Virus record (IMG/VR): IMGVR_UViG_3300020050_016625
Span: 1-64,000 of that record
DNA: 64,000 nt
Reading direction: 5' to 3' (one strand)
Origin: a virus
Lineage: Duplodnaviria > Caudoviricetes
Part shown: one piece after another, positions 28,518 through 38,618 of the stretch
How the letters are laid out: every line of letters begins with the position of its first letter
How positions within the stretch are numbered: the stretch's first letter is position 1
The notes under the pieces: generated by a model
Seen by the model: the letters and a program-made list of their open reading frames with translations, nothing else
The model's database searches: none
Told to the model about the DNA's origin: nothing
Program-made: the position numbers and the translations under genes

Positions 28518-28543
28518 TGAAACCTTTTCAATTTAGTTGCGTT
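28518..28543 (+). promoter_or_regulatory. ECF-type promoter TGAAAC-N16-CGTT
   Basis: TGAAACCTTTTCAATTTAGTTGCGTT. Confidence 0.65.
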
Positions 28544-28837
28544 TAAGTATTGTATAGTGCGGTTATGTGTTTAACTACTCGGTTATAAGGCATACATTTA
28601 AAGGTTACAAATCTACGCATTTTTCTTTTTTTTATTTCAATCAATTATTTTATTATTTATTATATCCATGAAATAGGTCGTGATAGATTTTCAAGTTGCC
28701 ATTACAGGCTTCCGCAAGGCGATGATGTTGAAAAAGGGCTATATAATCAATACTTAAATTGCCTATATAACGTCAAATGGGAAAGCGTAGATAAGGAGAA
28801 AATAAAGCAGATTTACGACCTACTTACTAAATAAAAT

Positions 28838-29305
28838 ATGCAGCCGTTAAATACAATACTCAACTTAATGATTCAAGGCAAAGTACTTATCTTTGAATCT
28901 GAAATTTTGGCTAAAAAGATATTTTGTAATTATTCATTTGTTAATTGCAACTCATTTTATAGTTTGGATAGTTTGAAAGATAGTAGTTTTAATGTGGCAG
29001 ATTTACACAAGCCAAAAGTTTTTATCTGCGAAAACCCAAATATTGATAAGTCAATACTTATTAAGCGACTGCCCAAAGATTCTATTTTCGCTACTTATAT
29101 TGTAGATAAAGATTCTACCTTACTTGAGTATGTAGGCAAAGCAAAACATAGCGATATTTTTCGCAAAAAAAATGAAGGTGGTGGGCATACTTATTACAAT
29201 GAAAGTAACGGTTGTATAACTCCTTTTTTAGACACAAGCATTTGCGATATAACAGAAATTCAATTAGTATTAAATTATGAAAAGACTGCCACGCCCAAAG
29301 GATAA
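28838..29305 (+). CDS. hypothetical protein
   Basis: ORF. Confidence 0.65.
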   Translation: MQPLNTILNLMIQGKVLIFESEILAKKIFCNYSFVNCNSFYSLDSLKDSSFNVADLHKPKVFICENPNIDKSILIKRLPKDSIFATYIVDKDSTLLEYVGKAKHSDIFRKKNEGGGHTYYNESNGCITPFLDTSICDITEIQLVLNYEKTATPKG

Positions 29306-29762
29306 TGTTTCCGCTATTAAGCAATTTGATATATATTGCTTATATTCGTATATAAATCAAGGCGACTTATTCAATATCAAGTTGCCTACATTTCAAAGGG
29401 ATTTTGTTTGGAGTGAAAAACAAAATATGTCTTTTATTGAAAGTGTAATCATGCGTTTACCAATTGGCGTTTATATGGTAAATGATATTTTTACAAATAC
29501 AAATCTTGAATATAACCACTACCTAAACAACATTCTTATAGATGGAAAACAAAGGTTAAACGCATTGCATCTGTATTTTAATGATAAATTTAGAGTTTAT
29601 GACCTTCTTTGGAGCGAATTAGATGTAAAAGATAGACGTTGGATATTAAGTACTCCATTCCATTGTATTGTCTTAAATGAGCAAAACGAGGGTAAATTAA
29701 GGGATATATATAATCACTTGAATTTTAGCGGTACACCACATAACGAAAACGAAAAAGCATGA
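29277..29762 (+). CDS. stand-alone DUF262 (GmrS/ParB-Srx fold) protein
   Basis: PTFQRDFVW, IESVI..PIG, IDGKQRL. Confidence 0.85.
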   Translation: MKRLPRPKDNVSAIKQFDIYCLYSYINQGDLFNIKLPTFQRDFVWSEKQNMSFIESVIMRLPIGVYMVNDIFTNTNLEYNHYLNNILIDGKQRLNALHLYFNDKFRVYDLLWSELDVKDRRWILSTPFHCIVLNEQNEGKLRDIYNHLNFSGTPHNENEKA

Positions 29763-30157
29763 ATAGTCTAATCACAAACATTTCAAATAATATAGACTTG
29801 CTCACTATGTGCAAAAAGCAGGTAATGGGAAAATATGCAAATCACAGGCATATAGAGTACAAAGGTTTTGATAATGCAGTATTTACAGACTTGTTAGCTA
29901 CTATCAATAACGCTAATATTTCGGGCTTAAAAACGATTATCTTTATAAACATTGATAATACTTGCGAAATAAATACAGGTGTTTTAGTGGTGCTTAAAAG
30001 GCTACTGTGCGGAAATGTGGGTGTTGTATTTCTATTACATAGCGATGTAAGCGAATTTGAAACAAATTATTTTCCTTTGCACTTAAATAGCTTATTCAAA
30101 CAAAGCGAAAAAGTGTTTTCTATTGATATTAATGGTAAATACAAGCGATTAAGATAA
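29759..30157 (+). CDS. hypothetical protein, probable paralogue of 30473-30880
   Basis: similar length and hydrophobic pattern (VLVVLKRLL / VLGVLKGIL). Confidence 0.65.
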   Translation: MNSLITNISNNIDLLTMCKKQVMGKYANHRHIEYKGFDNAVFTDLLATINNANISGLKTIIFINIDNTCEINTGVLVVLKRLLCGNVGVVFLLHSDVSEFETNYFPLHLNSLFKQSEKVFSIDINGKYKRLR

Positions 30158-30492
30158 TGGAAAATCAAACAATAATAGCCTACTTAGATAGCGAAATAAA
30201 CAGACTATCCAAAGAAAAGGAAATTTTACAGGCTATACTGATTAGAAAACCGTATGCAGAAATAATAGAACTGCAAAGCGAAATGTCTGAAAAATACAGC
30301 ATAGCAGATACGGAAAAGCAATATGACAAAATGGAATATCTATTGAAAGATTTTGATGCAAAGAAAAAGGATTTATTAGCGATTGCAGATAAGCAGAAAG
30401 ATTCAAAGGCTTTAATAAAGCAGATATTAGAAATTGATACGTTGCTCACATTTTTAAACACGCAAAAATTCAATGAATCAATTAAAAGGTAA
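30157..30492 (+). CDS. coiled-coil hypothetical protein
   Basis: coupled ORF. Confidence 0.65.
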   Translation: MENQTIIAYLDSEINRLSKEKEILQAILIRKPYAEIIELQSEMSEKYSIADTEKQYDKMEYLLKDFDAKKKDLLAIADKQKDSKALIKQILEIDTLLTFLNTQKFNESIKR

Positions 30493-30880
30493 ATTGATAG
30501 TCAATATCACAAGCGACTTAAAAACAGAACAAAACGTTATCGCTGGTACTAAAATAAAATACTATGATAGTGAGCATATCGAAATGGCTACTACTTATTT
30601 TTATGACACTATTCAATGGTTAGCATTAATTGCAAACATTTCACAAGAAAGAGAAGTTAATGCTATCTATTACATCTACATTTCGCCAAATACGGCAACG
30701 ATAGGCAAAGATGTTTTAGGTGTTTTAAAAGGCATTTTAAGCTATTCAAATGTAAGTCTTATATTTATGGCTAATGTAGAAAGTGTAGTTTCCTTTATTG
30801 AAAAGCAGATAGATTTAATAGAAGAAAGTAACGCTTGTTTTTATTTCAATAGTAATATGAAATATGAAAAAATAAAATAA
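30473..30880 (+). CDS. hypothetical protein
   Basis: coupled ORF. Confidence 0.65.
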   Translation: MNQLKGKLIVNITSDLKTEQNVIAGTKIKYYDSEHIEMATTYFYDTIQWLALIANISQEREVNAIYYIYISPNTATIGKDVLGVLKGILSYSNVSLIFMANVESVVSFIEKQIDLIEESNACFYFNSNMKYEKIK

Positions 30881-31003
30881 TTTTGTATTTATAAAGAATA
30901 CTATTAAATTTGCGATTTAAAGTTTAGTAATTAGGGGCAGCAAACCACGTAGGGGCGCACCTTTTTTTAAATACAAACCTTTTTCTTAAATTTAAGTTAT
31001 ATA

Positions 31004-31198
31004 ATGGAACACATAGATGTTGTTAGCACAAATATTGCTTATATCGAATATGATAACGGCACATTGAAAGTAGGATTTACAAGCGGCAATAGTTACGAAT
31101 ATAAAGACGTACCGCAGGAAATATTTGAGGCTTTTAAAAATAGTGAATCAAAAGGAAAATATTTTGCAAAGCACATAAAAAATAAATTTTTGTTATAG
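31004..31198 (+). CDS. KTSC domain protein
   Basis: STNIAYIEYD..L.VGF..G..YEYKDVP..SESKGKYF..HIK. Confidence 0.9.
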   Translation: MEHIDVVSTNIAYIEYDNGTLKVGFTSGNSYEYKDVPQEIFEAFKNSESKGKYFAKHIKNKFLL

Positions 31199-31226
31199 GT
31201 CTCGTAAAAATTGGTTAGATAGGATT

Positions 31227-31254
31227 AGGTTCGCTGAGATAGCGAACCTTTTTT
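31227..31254 (+). terminator. intrinsic terminator
   Basis: AGGTTCGCT-GAGAT-AGCGAACCT plus T-run. Confidence 0.8.
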
Positions 31255-31267
31255 ATATGCCTACATA

Positions 31268-31549
31268 TTGTATATATTTGCAAAAAATAATAGTATGAAA
31301 ATATTTGCATTTATTTCAAAGTGGTTTGTTTATCCCTTATTCTTTTTTGCAGGATTGCTGCAATTTGAATATCTTTCATTTAAAGAGTATAATGAATTTA
31401 CAAACGAAAGTAAGTTTCCTATTTATTTAGGCATGGCAATAATTAGCGTTGCGTTCATTTACTTTATTTATTACTTACTCATGCTAAATATAGAAGTATT
31501 TTTATTTAGATTAAATGAAATAAAAATAATTGCTTATATACGTAAATGA
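31268..31549 (+). CDS. small membrane protein (2 TM; start probably about 31295)
   Basis: two hydrophobic segments. Confidence 0.6.
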   Translation: MYIFAKNNSMKIFAFISKWFVYPLFFFAGLLQFEYLSFKEYNEFTNESKFPIYLGMAIISVAFIYFIYYLLMLNIEVFLFRLNEIKIIAYIRK

Positions 31550-31638
31550 AGTTATGATTAATCTAAATGATATATTTATTTATCCTTAAATAAACAAATC
31601 GTATTAGTCTTTTGTTTAGTAGCAAATAAATAAACAAA

Positions 31639-31830
31639 ATGATTAGAGATTTTATATTTTTCTGTTTAGGTGGCGCAACTATGTTTATAGTGGCATTTAT
31701 ATATTTTGTTTATATATCCTTTGTAGGTGGTTTTATGCGACCTTTTCATCGTCAAGGCACAGCTATTAGCGGAGGAGAAGGCGATGATACAATTATCAAT
31801 ATTAACGTTCCTGATAAAAAGAGAAAATGA
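31639..31830 (+). CDS. small membrane protein
   Basis: N-terminal TM, coupled to the next gene. Confidence 0.6.
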   Translation: MIRDFIFFCLGGATMFIVAFIYFVYISFVGGFMRPFHRQGTAISGGEGDDTIININVPDKKRK

Positions 31831-33218
31831 AAAATATTCAAAAGCAAAAATCCGTTATAGACTTAATTACGAGTAATTTAAGGGCTAATAATACAAGCGA
31901 AAGAGATATAACTATCTGCGAAAGCGTGCTTAATGGTGTACCACAGGGCAGTGTAAATTTTGGCAATACAGCCGTAAATAGCGCAATTGTAAATACTGTT
32001 TTAAAGAAGTATTTACCCTACATTTCATTTAGTGTAAAGAACGAAAAAATAGTAAATGAATCTATTGCGCCTAAATGGTTAATAGAATCAAGTGCATATA
32101 AGTCAGTAAGTGAAAGTGATACAAAATTAAAGTCATTTAATCTAAATGCAGGTGGTAATGCTAATTTATTTGCATCAAATGAAACTATGAATAAGCATGA
32201 AATAAATGAATTGAATGATAAAATAAATAAACTTGAGAAACTAAATAAAGAATTAAACGATAATATTTTGTTTATATCTCAAGACAAACAAAATATAAAC
32301 GCAAGCGAAAATGAAAAAATAGTAAATGATTTGAGAGATTTATATAAGCAGAATGAAATTGCGTTGCAGGGTAAATACGAGGCGTTACTAAATGACTTGG
32401 ATAAGAAATATAGGAATGAGTTAAACAAGCGTATAAATGATTTACTTGAAAGTACAGAAAAAGAAAAGCAAAATATTTTAGTAAGTAAAGAGAAAGATAT
32501 TAGTAGCGCAAAGCAAACTATACAAATGGAGACTGCGAAAAAGAACGCTGCTATTTTACAGAAAAATGCAGAAATGATAAGCACTTTGAATGACAAAATA
32601 AATGAAACAGCAAAGGAAATTAGCTTGCTCACTTCAAATAATACTACATTACTAAATGAAAAAAAGGCATTAAATGAAAAATTAGCGTATTATTTAGGCA
32701 AAGAAAATAATGCTACACAAGCCGCAACTACTACAAAAAGGGTAGTTGTAGGGCTTATTTTGTTTGGATTAGCTGCTATTTCTGTGTTTGTTATTGGTAA
32801 TATGATTACTCTATTCAATACAGTTTGCTACTACCCCGAAGCAATTTTGCTTGCTGTGTTTATCGAAGTACTTCTTTGGGGCAATAATATTACCATTTAT
32901 GCAAACGACAAAGAAGACATTTCTAATACACAAATAGCAATTACATTCATTACACTTAGTTTTCGATTTGTGGCAAGTGCGTTCGGTGGTTATTACATGG
33001 CAGCCGAAGCAATAGAATTAGCGAAAAAAAGTAACCTAAATAGTGATTTACTTGAAAAATTTACCAATATAGATTTAATTTATTTTGGGTTTGAAGTGGG
33101 AAATGCTGGCTTAATTACTACTGCTTTGTTTATTGCCTTGTTTATGGGATTGATAGAGTTTTTGGCTTTGCCGTATGCGATTAACCAATGGTATTTAAAA
33201 TTTATCAAAAATGTATAA
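31827..33218 (+). CDS. coiled-coil protein with about 4 C-terminal TM helices
   Basis: long heptad region followed by hydrophobic segments. Confidence 0.75.
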   Translation: MKNIQKQKSVIDLITSNLRANNTSERDITICESVLNGVPQGSVNFGNTAVNSAIVNTVLKKYLPYISFSVKNEKIVNESIAPKWLIESSAYKSVSESDTKLKSFNLNAGGNANLFASNETMNKHEINELNDKINKLEKLNKELNDNILFISQDKQNINASENEKIVNDLRDLYKQNEIALQGKYEALLNDLDKKYRNELNKRINDLLESTEKEKQNILVSKEKDISSAKQTIQMETAKKNAAILQKNAEMISTLNDKINETAKEISLLTSNNTTLLNEKKALNEKLAYYLGKENNATQAATTTKRVVVGLILFGLAAISVFVIGNMITLFNTVCYYPEAILLAVFIEVLLWGNNITIYANDKEDISNTQIAITFITLSFRFVASAFGGYYMAAEAIELAKKSNLNSDLLEKFTNIDLIYFGFEVGNAGLITTALFIALFMGLIEFLALPYAINQWYLKFIKNV

Positions 33219-34026
33219 TCATTTATTACAAAATATAATGAGTTCAAAGAAAGCCATTTACGTGGCTTTACTTTGCTTTTTTCTCATATTTATGTTTATT
33301 TGGCAGGGTGTTGAAACAATGTTAATCGGTGCAGTTGAAACAAAAAATACAGTTGTACGTATATTTGTCATAATTGCCTTATTCGTTTCAATATTTGGCT
33401 ATGTAGCGTATTTATGGGTATGCAGTATGAGAGAAAAGATAGATGTGTTCACAGACTATGTAGCAACGGTAACGGACGAGGCAGAAATAAAGGCAAATGA
33501 GGCATTATTCGACAAAGAAAAAGCATTAGTTAGTGAAGCAGAAAGTGTTTTGGAAGAGTTATATTTACATAAAAATAACTACGAAAAACTCATTAAAGAG
33601 GCATTAAATAAGCGCAAAAAAGATGATAAAATAGGCGAAATTACGCTACCTTTTGACTATTCTTTTAATAGGGATAAATTTGTCCTTACACAGCAAAAAG
33701 GTGCAAATGGACAAACGGTTTATAGTTATGCTTACTACGAATTGAAGGGTAACAAACTAACAATAGGTAAGGCTAATTTCGACAGGGTAATAGATAGTGT
33801 AAACTTTGCGCAAAAGATAGATAGTGATGTTTGTAAACTAAAAATCTATACACAAGCTATCTATAATATTGACTTAATTCCTTCTCCTTACAAAGAAGCA
33901 ATACAGTTAGGCATCTTACAGACTGAAACGGTTTTAACATTGTGCAAGCAATGGAATTGCCAAATAACAGATAAAAATATAGAAGTAGGGGACGTAGATA
34001 GTCAGGACACTATCTTTTTAGAGTAA
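33211..34026 (+). CDS. membrane protein (2 N-terminal TM plus soluble domain)
   Basis: hydrophobicity pattern. Confidence 0.72.
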   Translation: MYNHLLQNIMSSKKAIYVALLCFFLIFMFIWQGVETMLIGAVETKNTVVRIFVIIALFVSIFGYVAYLWVCSMREKIDVFTDYVATVTDEAEIKANEALFDKEKALVSEAESVLEELYLHKNNYEKLIKEALNKRKKDDKIGEITLPFDYSFNRDKFVLTQQKGANGQTVYSYAYYELKGNKLTIGKANFDRVIDSVNFAQKIDSDVCKLKIYTQAIYNIDLIPSPYKEAIQLGILQTETVLTLCKQWNCQITDKNIEVGDVDSQDTIFLE

Positions 34027-34230
34027 TAAACTATTGATATGTATATTTTTGTAGTAAAAAGTTTGCAAAAACTATATAAAAATATATAGGTATCCCCTAC
34101 TCTTATAAATGCTAAAATTACCCTTATTTTCAACTAACGGGAGGTGTATTTGCACCACCTACTAAAAATGAAAATAGGGGCTAAAATATAGTTTTAATAA
34201 CCAATTATTCATTTACATTATTTTTAATTT

Positions 34231-34737
34231 ATGGAAAAGCAAATCGAACTAATCAAGAATTTAATCGCACTTTCTAAGAGTACAGATAGCGAAGCGGAAG
34301 CGCAAAATGCCGCAAATACGGTAAGGCTTTTAATGAAAAAACATGGCGTTACAGAAGCGGATTTGCAAGAAACAAAGTGCGAAAAGTTTAGATTTACATA
34401 TCAAAAAGACTACGAAAAAAAGTTGATTATTCAAGTTTGCGCAAAGGTTTTAGATAGTAGTAGATTTGATATTTATGTGAATAAAGATGGTAGGACAAAG
34501 CCTTTTCTTGGCATAGAAATGACACATTACCAATTCATGCAAGCAATGTCAATGATTGACTTTTACAAGCCGATTATGGAGAAAGAAATGTCTAAGGCGG
34601 CATCTGCTTTTTGCCTTGCGCAAGGCTTATCTGCAACGCCCGTAATAGTAGATAAATTAAGTGAAAAAGACTTGGAGTTGCAATTACTTACAGGTAGCTT
34701 CAAAAAACACAACTATAATAAAGCCTTAAATGAGTAA
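34231..34737 (+). CDS. DUF2786-like protein
   Basis: IKNLIALS..EAEAQNAA..LMKKHGVTEADL. Confidence 0.75.
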   Translation: MEKQIELIKNLIALSKSTDSEAEAQNAANTVRLLMKKHGVTEADLQETKCEKFRFTYQKDYEKKLIIQVCAKVLDSSRFDIYVNKDGRTKPFLGIEMTHYQFMQAMSMIDFYKPIMEKEMSKAASAFCLAQGLSATPVIVDKLSEKDLELQLLTGSFKKHNYNKALNE

Positions 34738-34987
34738 AATATTTGATTTGCAAAATGGTTACAAAGTAGTTATACAACGCTACGAATTAACCGATATTGA
34801 ATTAGAAGAACGATATTTCAAAGATTTTAAATACTGTTTACTTCTATCTTTCAAATATAATGGCTATAACGTCTATACAGACGAGTTGCGCTATGCCAGC
34901 GATATGCAAAGAGATATAGATTATCATAATTTCACAGAAGTAAAAGCAAGGCAATTTGCTAATACCGCTTATTTATTGACAAAATGA
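34730..34987 (+). CDS. hypothetical protein
   Basis: coupled ORF. Confidence 0.65.
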   Translation: MSKIFDLQNGYKVVIQRYELTDIELEERYFKDFKYCLLLSFKYNGYNVYTDELRYASDMQRDIDYHNFTEVKARQFANTAYLLTK

Positions 34988-36066
34988 CAATAGACTTAAA
35001 AGATAGATTTAATACTTTACTTGGAGACAAAAAAGAACAGGATATAATTCCTATTTTTTTCATGTATATGTTTCGCAGGTTTGGTATGCCACATGAAAGT
35101 AAGGATATTTTAGGTAAGTGGGTGATTTACCACCCTTGTAAAATTGTCGTATCATTTACCGATTTTAGCAATATAGAAATATTGTATGTAAATCATATTA
35201 ACAATATACCTACAATGGCTAATACAGTAGAATCTTTCATGCAATCACTTTTACATAGTGTAGATTTGCAAGAAAATAGATTTAATATATTTGGGGAGTG
35301 CACCCAAACTATACTACCATACTTTACATACGAAAATACAGTAGAAAATAACGAACTTATTAATTACTTGTTTTTCAGACAATCGCCTTACTATTTTAGG
35401 TCTTTATTAGAAACTGCTTTGTTTGGCGAGTGCCGTTACAATATTCCCATATACAGCGTAAATGAGAACTTTGTAGATAAGTGGCATTTAGTTGCGCCTA
35501 CCTTTTTCTGCTATTTATTCAAAAGGTATGGCATAGATGTAAATACGATAACAGACTATTGTATTTGCACATTTAAAGTGCCTACCAAAATGCAGGGCGT
35601 TTATTTAAGAATCATATTCAAAACGATTGACTATGTACATGTAGATTGTATTATTGATAATGAAATTTCTGTCAAAACAGACAAAGAACGTGTGCAATTA
35701 AACCGTTTATATAAACGAAATTTTAGGCAATTTTGTATTGATAATGATTTGCCTATTAAATTAGATTGTATGAATAAAGCTGATTTAATAGCTGCATACG
35801 AATCATACTTGGAAACACAAGGCTTTGCTAAAGATGTAAAACTAAGTAGGAAAGACAATGATAAATATAGTGATTTGTTTTATGAGTACTACGAAAATAA
35901 ACAAATGGCAAGTTTTGAGAAGTTTGCAGTATCTGAAAAATATATTGATAGGATAGGCGAGACAAAAACCGTAACCAAAGGAATAAAAGCATGTAAAGAG
36001 TTGATAGATTCTTTCTTAGATTCAATACAGGTAGGCAATACTTGGATAAATGCAATAGGATTATAA
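34984..36066 (+). CDS. hypothetical protein with internal domain duplication
   Basis: PIFFMYMFRRFG/PTFFCYLFKRYG and QSLLHSVDLQENRFNIFG/DSFLDSIQVGNTWINAIG. Confidence 0.7.
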   Translation: MTIDLKDRFNTLLGDKKEQDIIPIFFMYMFRRFGMPHESKDILGKWVIYHPCKIVVSFTDFSNIEILYVNHINNIPTMANTVESFMQSLLHSVDLQENRFNIFGECTQTILPYFTYENTVENNELINYLFFRQSPYYFRSLLETALFGECRYNIPIYSVNENFVDKWHLVAPTFFCYLFKRYGIDVNTITDYCICTFKVPTKMQGVYLRIIFKTIDYVHVDCIIDNEISVKTDKERVQLNRLYKRNFRQFCIDNDLPIKLDCMNKADLIAAYESYLETQGFAKDVKLSRKDNDKYSDLFYEYYENKQMASFEKFAVSEKYIDRIGETKTVTKGIKACKELIDSFLDSIQVGNTWINAIGL

Positions 36067-36122
36067 GCAAACATTTTCCTTACAGATAAGTTACTATATA
36101 TAAACTGCTAACAACTATAAAA

Positions 36123-36434
36123 ATGACATATATTCATAATAACCTAAGATACCTATTTGCAGACTATATAAAATATAGTTATACAGGCATAATGAAAAGC
36201 TACGACATGCCTTTTGCCAAAGCAGATGCAAGTGTTTCGATAAGTTTCAAAACTTACCTGCAATACAGATTTAGCAACGAATGGTGCAAAATTTTAGCTA
36301 CTGCGTGGGGTATCAACCAAAGGGAATTGGCTATACAGGCAAAGATGTTTAATGAAATTGCAGGGGTTTTAGATACGGGTATATCGCTTAGTAATGACTT
36401 CTATACAAAAAATCTAATCAATGAAAAAGTTTAA
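36123..36434 (+). CDS. hypothetical protein
   Basis: ORF. Confidence 0.6.
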   Translation: MTYIHNNLRYLFADYIKYSYTGIMKSYDMPFAKADASVSISFKTYLQYRFSNEWCKILATAWGINQRELAIQAKMFNEIAGVLDTGISLSNDFYTKNLINEKV

Positions 36435-36648
36435 ATCATTCATAGGAAATCTTCTTTGCAGCTTCGGTTTTCATACATGGGTAATTTGCCGTATGGTAGA
36501 TAACAAGGGTAGATTAACAAACTATCATAGAGATTGTGAGTATTGCAACAAAGAACAAAAATTGCAACGTCCCGAAAAGTATCACCCTGTCAAATACATT
36601 TGGGTAGATGTTGATACGCCTATCAAAAATAATGACCAATTAGACTAA
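36421..36648 (+). CDS. small Cys/His protein (DUF1660-like)
   Basis: LLCSFGFHTW..CEYC. Confidence 0.6.
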   Translation: MKKFKSFIGNLLCSFGFHTWVICRMVDNKGRLTNYHRDCEYCNKEQKLQRPEKYHPVKYIWVDVDTPIKNNDQLD

Positions 36649-36902
36649 TGAAAGATAAATCACTAAGGGAGTTGCGCCTTCAAAAATGGAATAAGCAACT
36701 CAAAGAAACGGAAAAGGAAATCCACAAGCAAATGCGAAAAGCAGATAATGGCTTAAAAGATTTGTTAGGATTTAAAGGTTACAAAAAAACGCCTAAAAAC
36801 TTTACGAAAACTCAAAGAAAAGCAATGAAGAAAGTGCATTTTCTCATACAAAAAGAAAGTAGATTAATTGAAAAAATACGCAATATTGACTTAATAAAAT
36901 GA
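36648..36902 (+). CDS. basic hypothetical protein
   Basis: coupled ORF. Confidence 0.6.
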   Translation: MKDKSLRELRLQKWNKQLKETEKEIHKQMRKADNGLKDLLGFKGYKKTPKNFTKTQRKAMKKVHFLIQKESRLIEKIRNIDLIK

Positions 36903-37630
36903 AAGAATATAAATTCCCTTTTGGTAATGGCTACTTTATATCAAACGAAATAGAATTTGAGGCTACAAAAAACCTAAAAGGCTATTTTATGGTAGCCAAA
37001 GAACCGTATGATTGTACTAATGGTTATGAATCCAATTTATATAAAATAGGCGAAAAGATAACTTGTGAACAAAATACATTTAAAGGCTTATGTAGTGCTT
37101 TTTTTGACTATTGCCAAAAATATCTACTATCTATTTCGCCTAATGATTTTATAGGATTGTTCTTAAAAGCAGGTACGCACATTACAGATAATGCGTATAA
37201 TGACTATGAATTTGGATTGACACAAGGGATAAGTGGTATAAATTATAGCGAAATGAGATGTGAGTTAAAAGTTGATTTACCACCGTACAACTATGTAAGC
37301 CTATGCTTATTATTCATAGAAAAAGAAGCTATCGAAATAGGTAAATTATCTAATGAGTTAATAGAAGTAGAATATGACGATAATTCAAAAGAGGTATTAA
37401 ATGTAACAGCTATTCAAACACGCAAAGAAGCGATTGAATTATGTAATAAATTCACAAAGGAAGCACTAAAGAAAGATAATGCCTTTGAATATTTGGATAT
37501 ATTCAAGAATAACTTTGATAGCTGTAGGAATTACGAAATAGAAACATATTTAGAAAAAATTACAGGAAATTTAACTTATAGGATAGTTGAAAAGTGTCCT
37601 TTTAATAACTTTTCATGGTTCGATGCTTAA
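36899..37630 (+). CDS. hypothetical protein
   Basis: coupled ORF. Confidence 0.7.
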   Translation: MKEYKFPFGNGYFISNEIEFEATKNLKGYFMVAKEPYDCTNGYESNLYKIGEKITCEQNTFKGLCSAFFDYCQKYLLSISPNDFIGLFLKAGTHITDNAYNDYEFGLTQGISGINYSEMRCELKVDLPPYNYVSLCLLFIEKEAIEIGKLSNELIEVEYDDNSKEVLNVTAIQTRKEAIELCNKFTKEALKKDNAFEYLDIFKNNFDSCRNYEIETYLEKITGNLTYRIVEKCPFNNFSWFDA

Positions 37631-37697
37631 TAATAGCGTGGAGTTTTTGAGATGTATTTTTAAGGCAAAATAAAAAGGGGTATTTTTGAAAACAAAG

Positions 37698-37729
37698 AAA
37701 AAGGCACTTAGTAAAATAAGTGCCTTTTT
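37698..37729. terminator. bidirectional intrinsic terminator
   Basis: AAAAAGGCACTTA..TAAGTGCCTTTTT. Confidence 0.85.
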
Positions 37730-37730
37730 C

Positions 37731-38618
37731 TTATATAGCTATCGTATATTCCTGCACAAACGTTATTTCGCAACGCTCCCCTGTCTTTAGCTGTACCTTG
37801 ATATTTGGGATAGTTACCCTATATAATTCCCCGTCATATACAGCACTCAAAGCATCATCTGTATAAATCATTACATTATTTGCAGGATTTATACTAACAA
37901 AATCAAGTGTGCCAGGAGATATGCCTGGAGGTATAATTCTTTCAATTATAGCAACGGGGTGGTCTAAGAAATATTCAATTAAACCATTTGTAGCAAGTTC
38001 TACATATACAATAGAAATGAAGTCGCTATAAATAGTGCTGCTTATTACAAATGGAGCTAATGCAAAATCATACATACTCAACCGCTTACATGGTGCAATA
38101 TCTAACGGGTCAATAGCTTCTTTTACTAATATAGCCACAATGCTATTCTCGCCACTCAATACACCTACTGTATCTTGTGTACTATCTATTGCAGTGCTAT
38201 TCATTTGAACCGCTGCATATTCAAATGTTACAGATTGTGTAGTTATCCCATTAGGCGTATAAGCTATATCGTGTGGGAAATTAGGTATAAAAGAACGGTA
38301 ATTATAAAATGTAAATGATACATTTGCGCCTTGCCTTAAATAAGCAAACATTATCAATACCTTTTGCCTTGTTTCTGCGCTGTAATTAGCATTGCAATTA
38401 AAAGAAAATGACAAACCGCTGTATTTTGGGGTACTACTACTTTTACCTAATTCACTTGTATATATTTCAATATCTATTCCATCATTTTGCATTACTTCCC
38501 AAATCTCATAACTACTAAACATAATTGTTACAGGAGGAGGCGTTACTATGCCTACGGGTGGTAATTGGAACGTAAATGAAATATACTCTTTTACAAATTT
38601 ATCTATTCTTTCTAACAT
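37731..38618 (-). CDS. putative virion (tail-tip) protein
   Basis: beta-rich composition; last gene of a three-gene operon. Confidence 0.5.
   Translation of the reverse strand: MLERIDKFVKEYISFTFQLPPVGIVTPPPVTIMFSSYEIWEVMQNDGIDIEIYTSELGKSSSTPKYSGLSFSFNCNANYSAETRQKVLIMFAYLRQGANVSFTFYNYRSFIPNFPHDIAYTPNGITTQSVTFEYAAVQMNSTAIDSTQDTVGVLSGENSIVAILVKEAIDPLDIAPCKRLSMYDFALAPFVISSTIYSDFISIVYVELATNGLIEYFLDHPVAIIERIIPPGISPGTLDFVSINPANNVMIYTDDALSAVYDGELYRVTIPNIKVQLKTGERCEITFVQEYTIAI

Noticed and set aside
26876-28771. 12-bp inverted pair GTTATATAGGCA/TGCCTATATAAC as another cassette boundary
   Set aside because: No attC-like stem next to the right copy, which lies in an ORF-like frame; AT-rich match plausible by chance.
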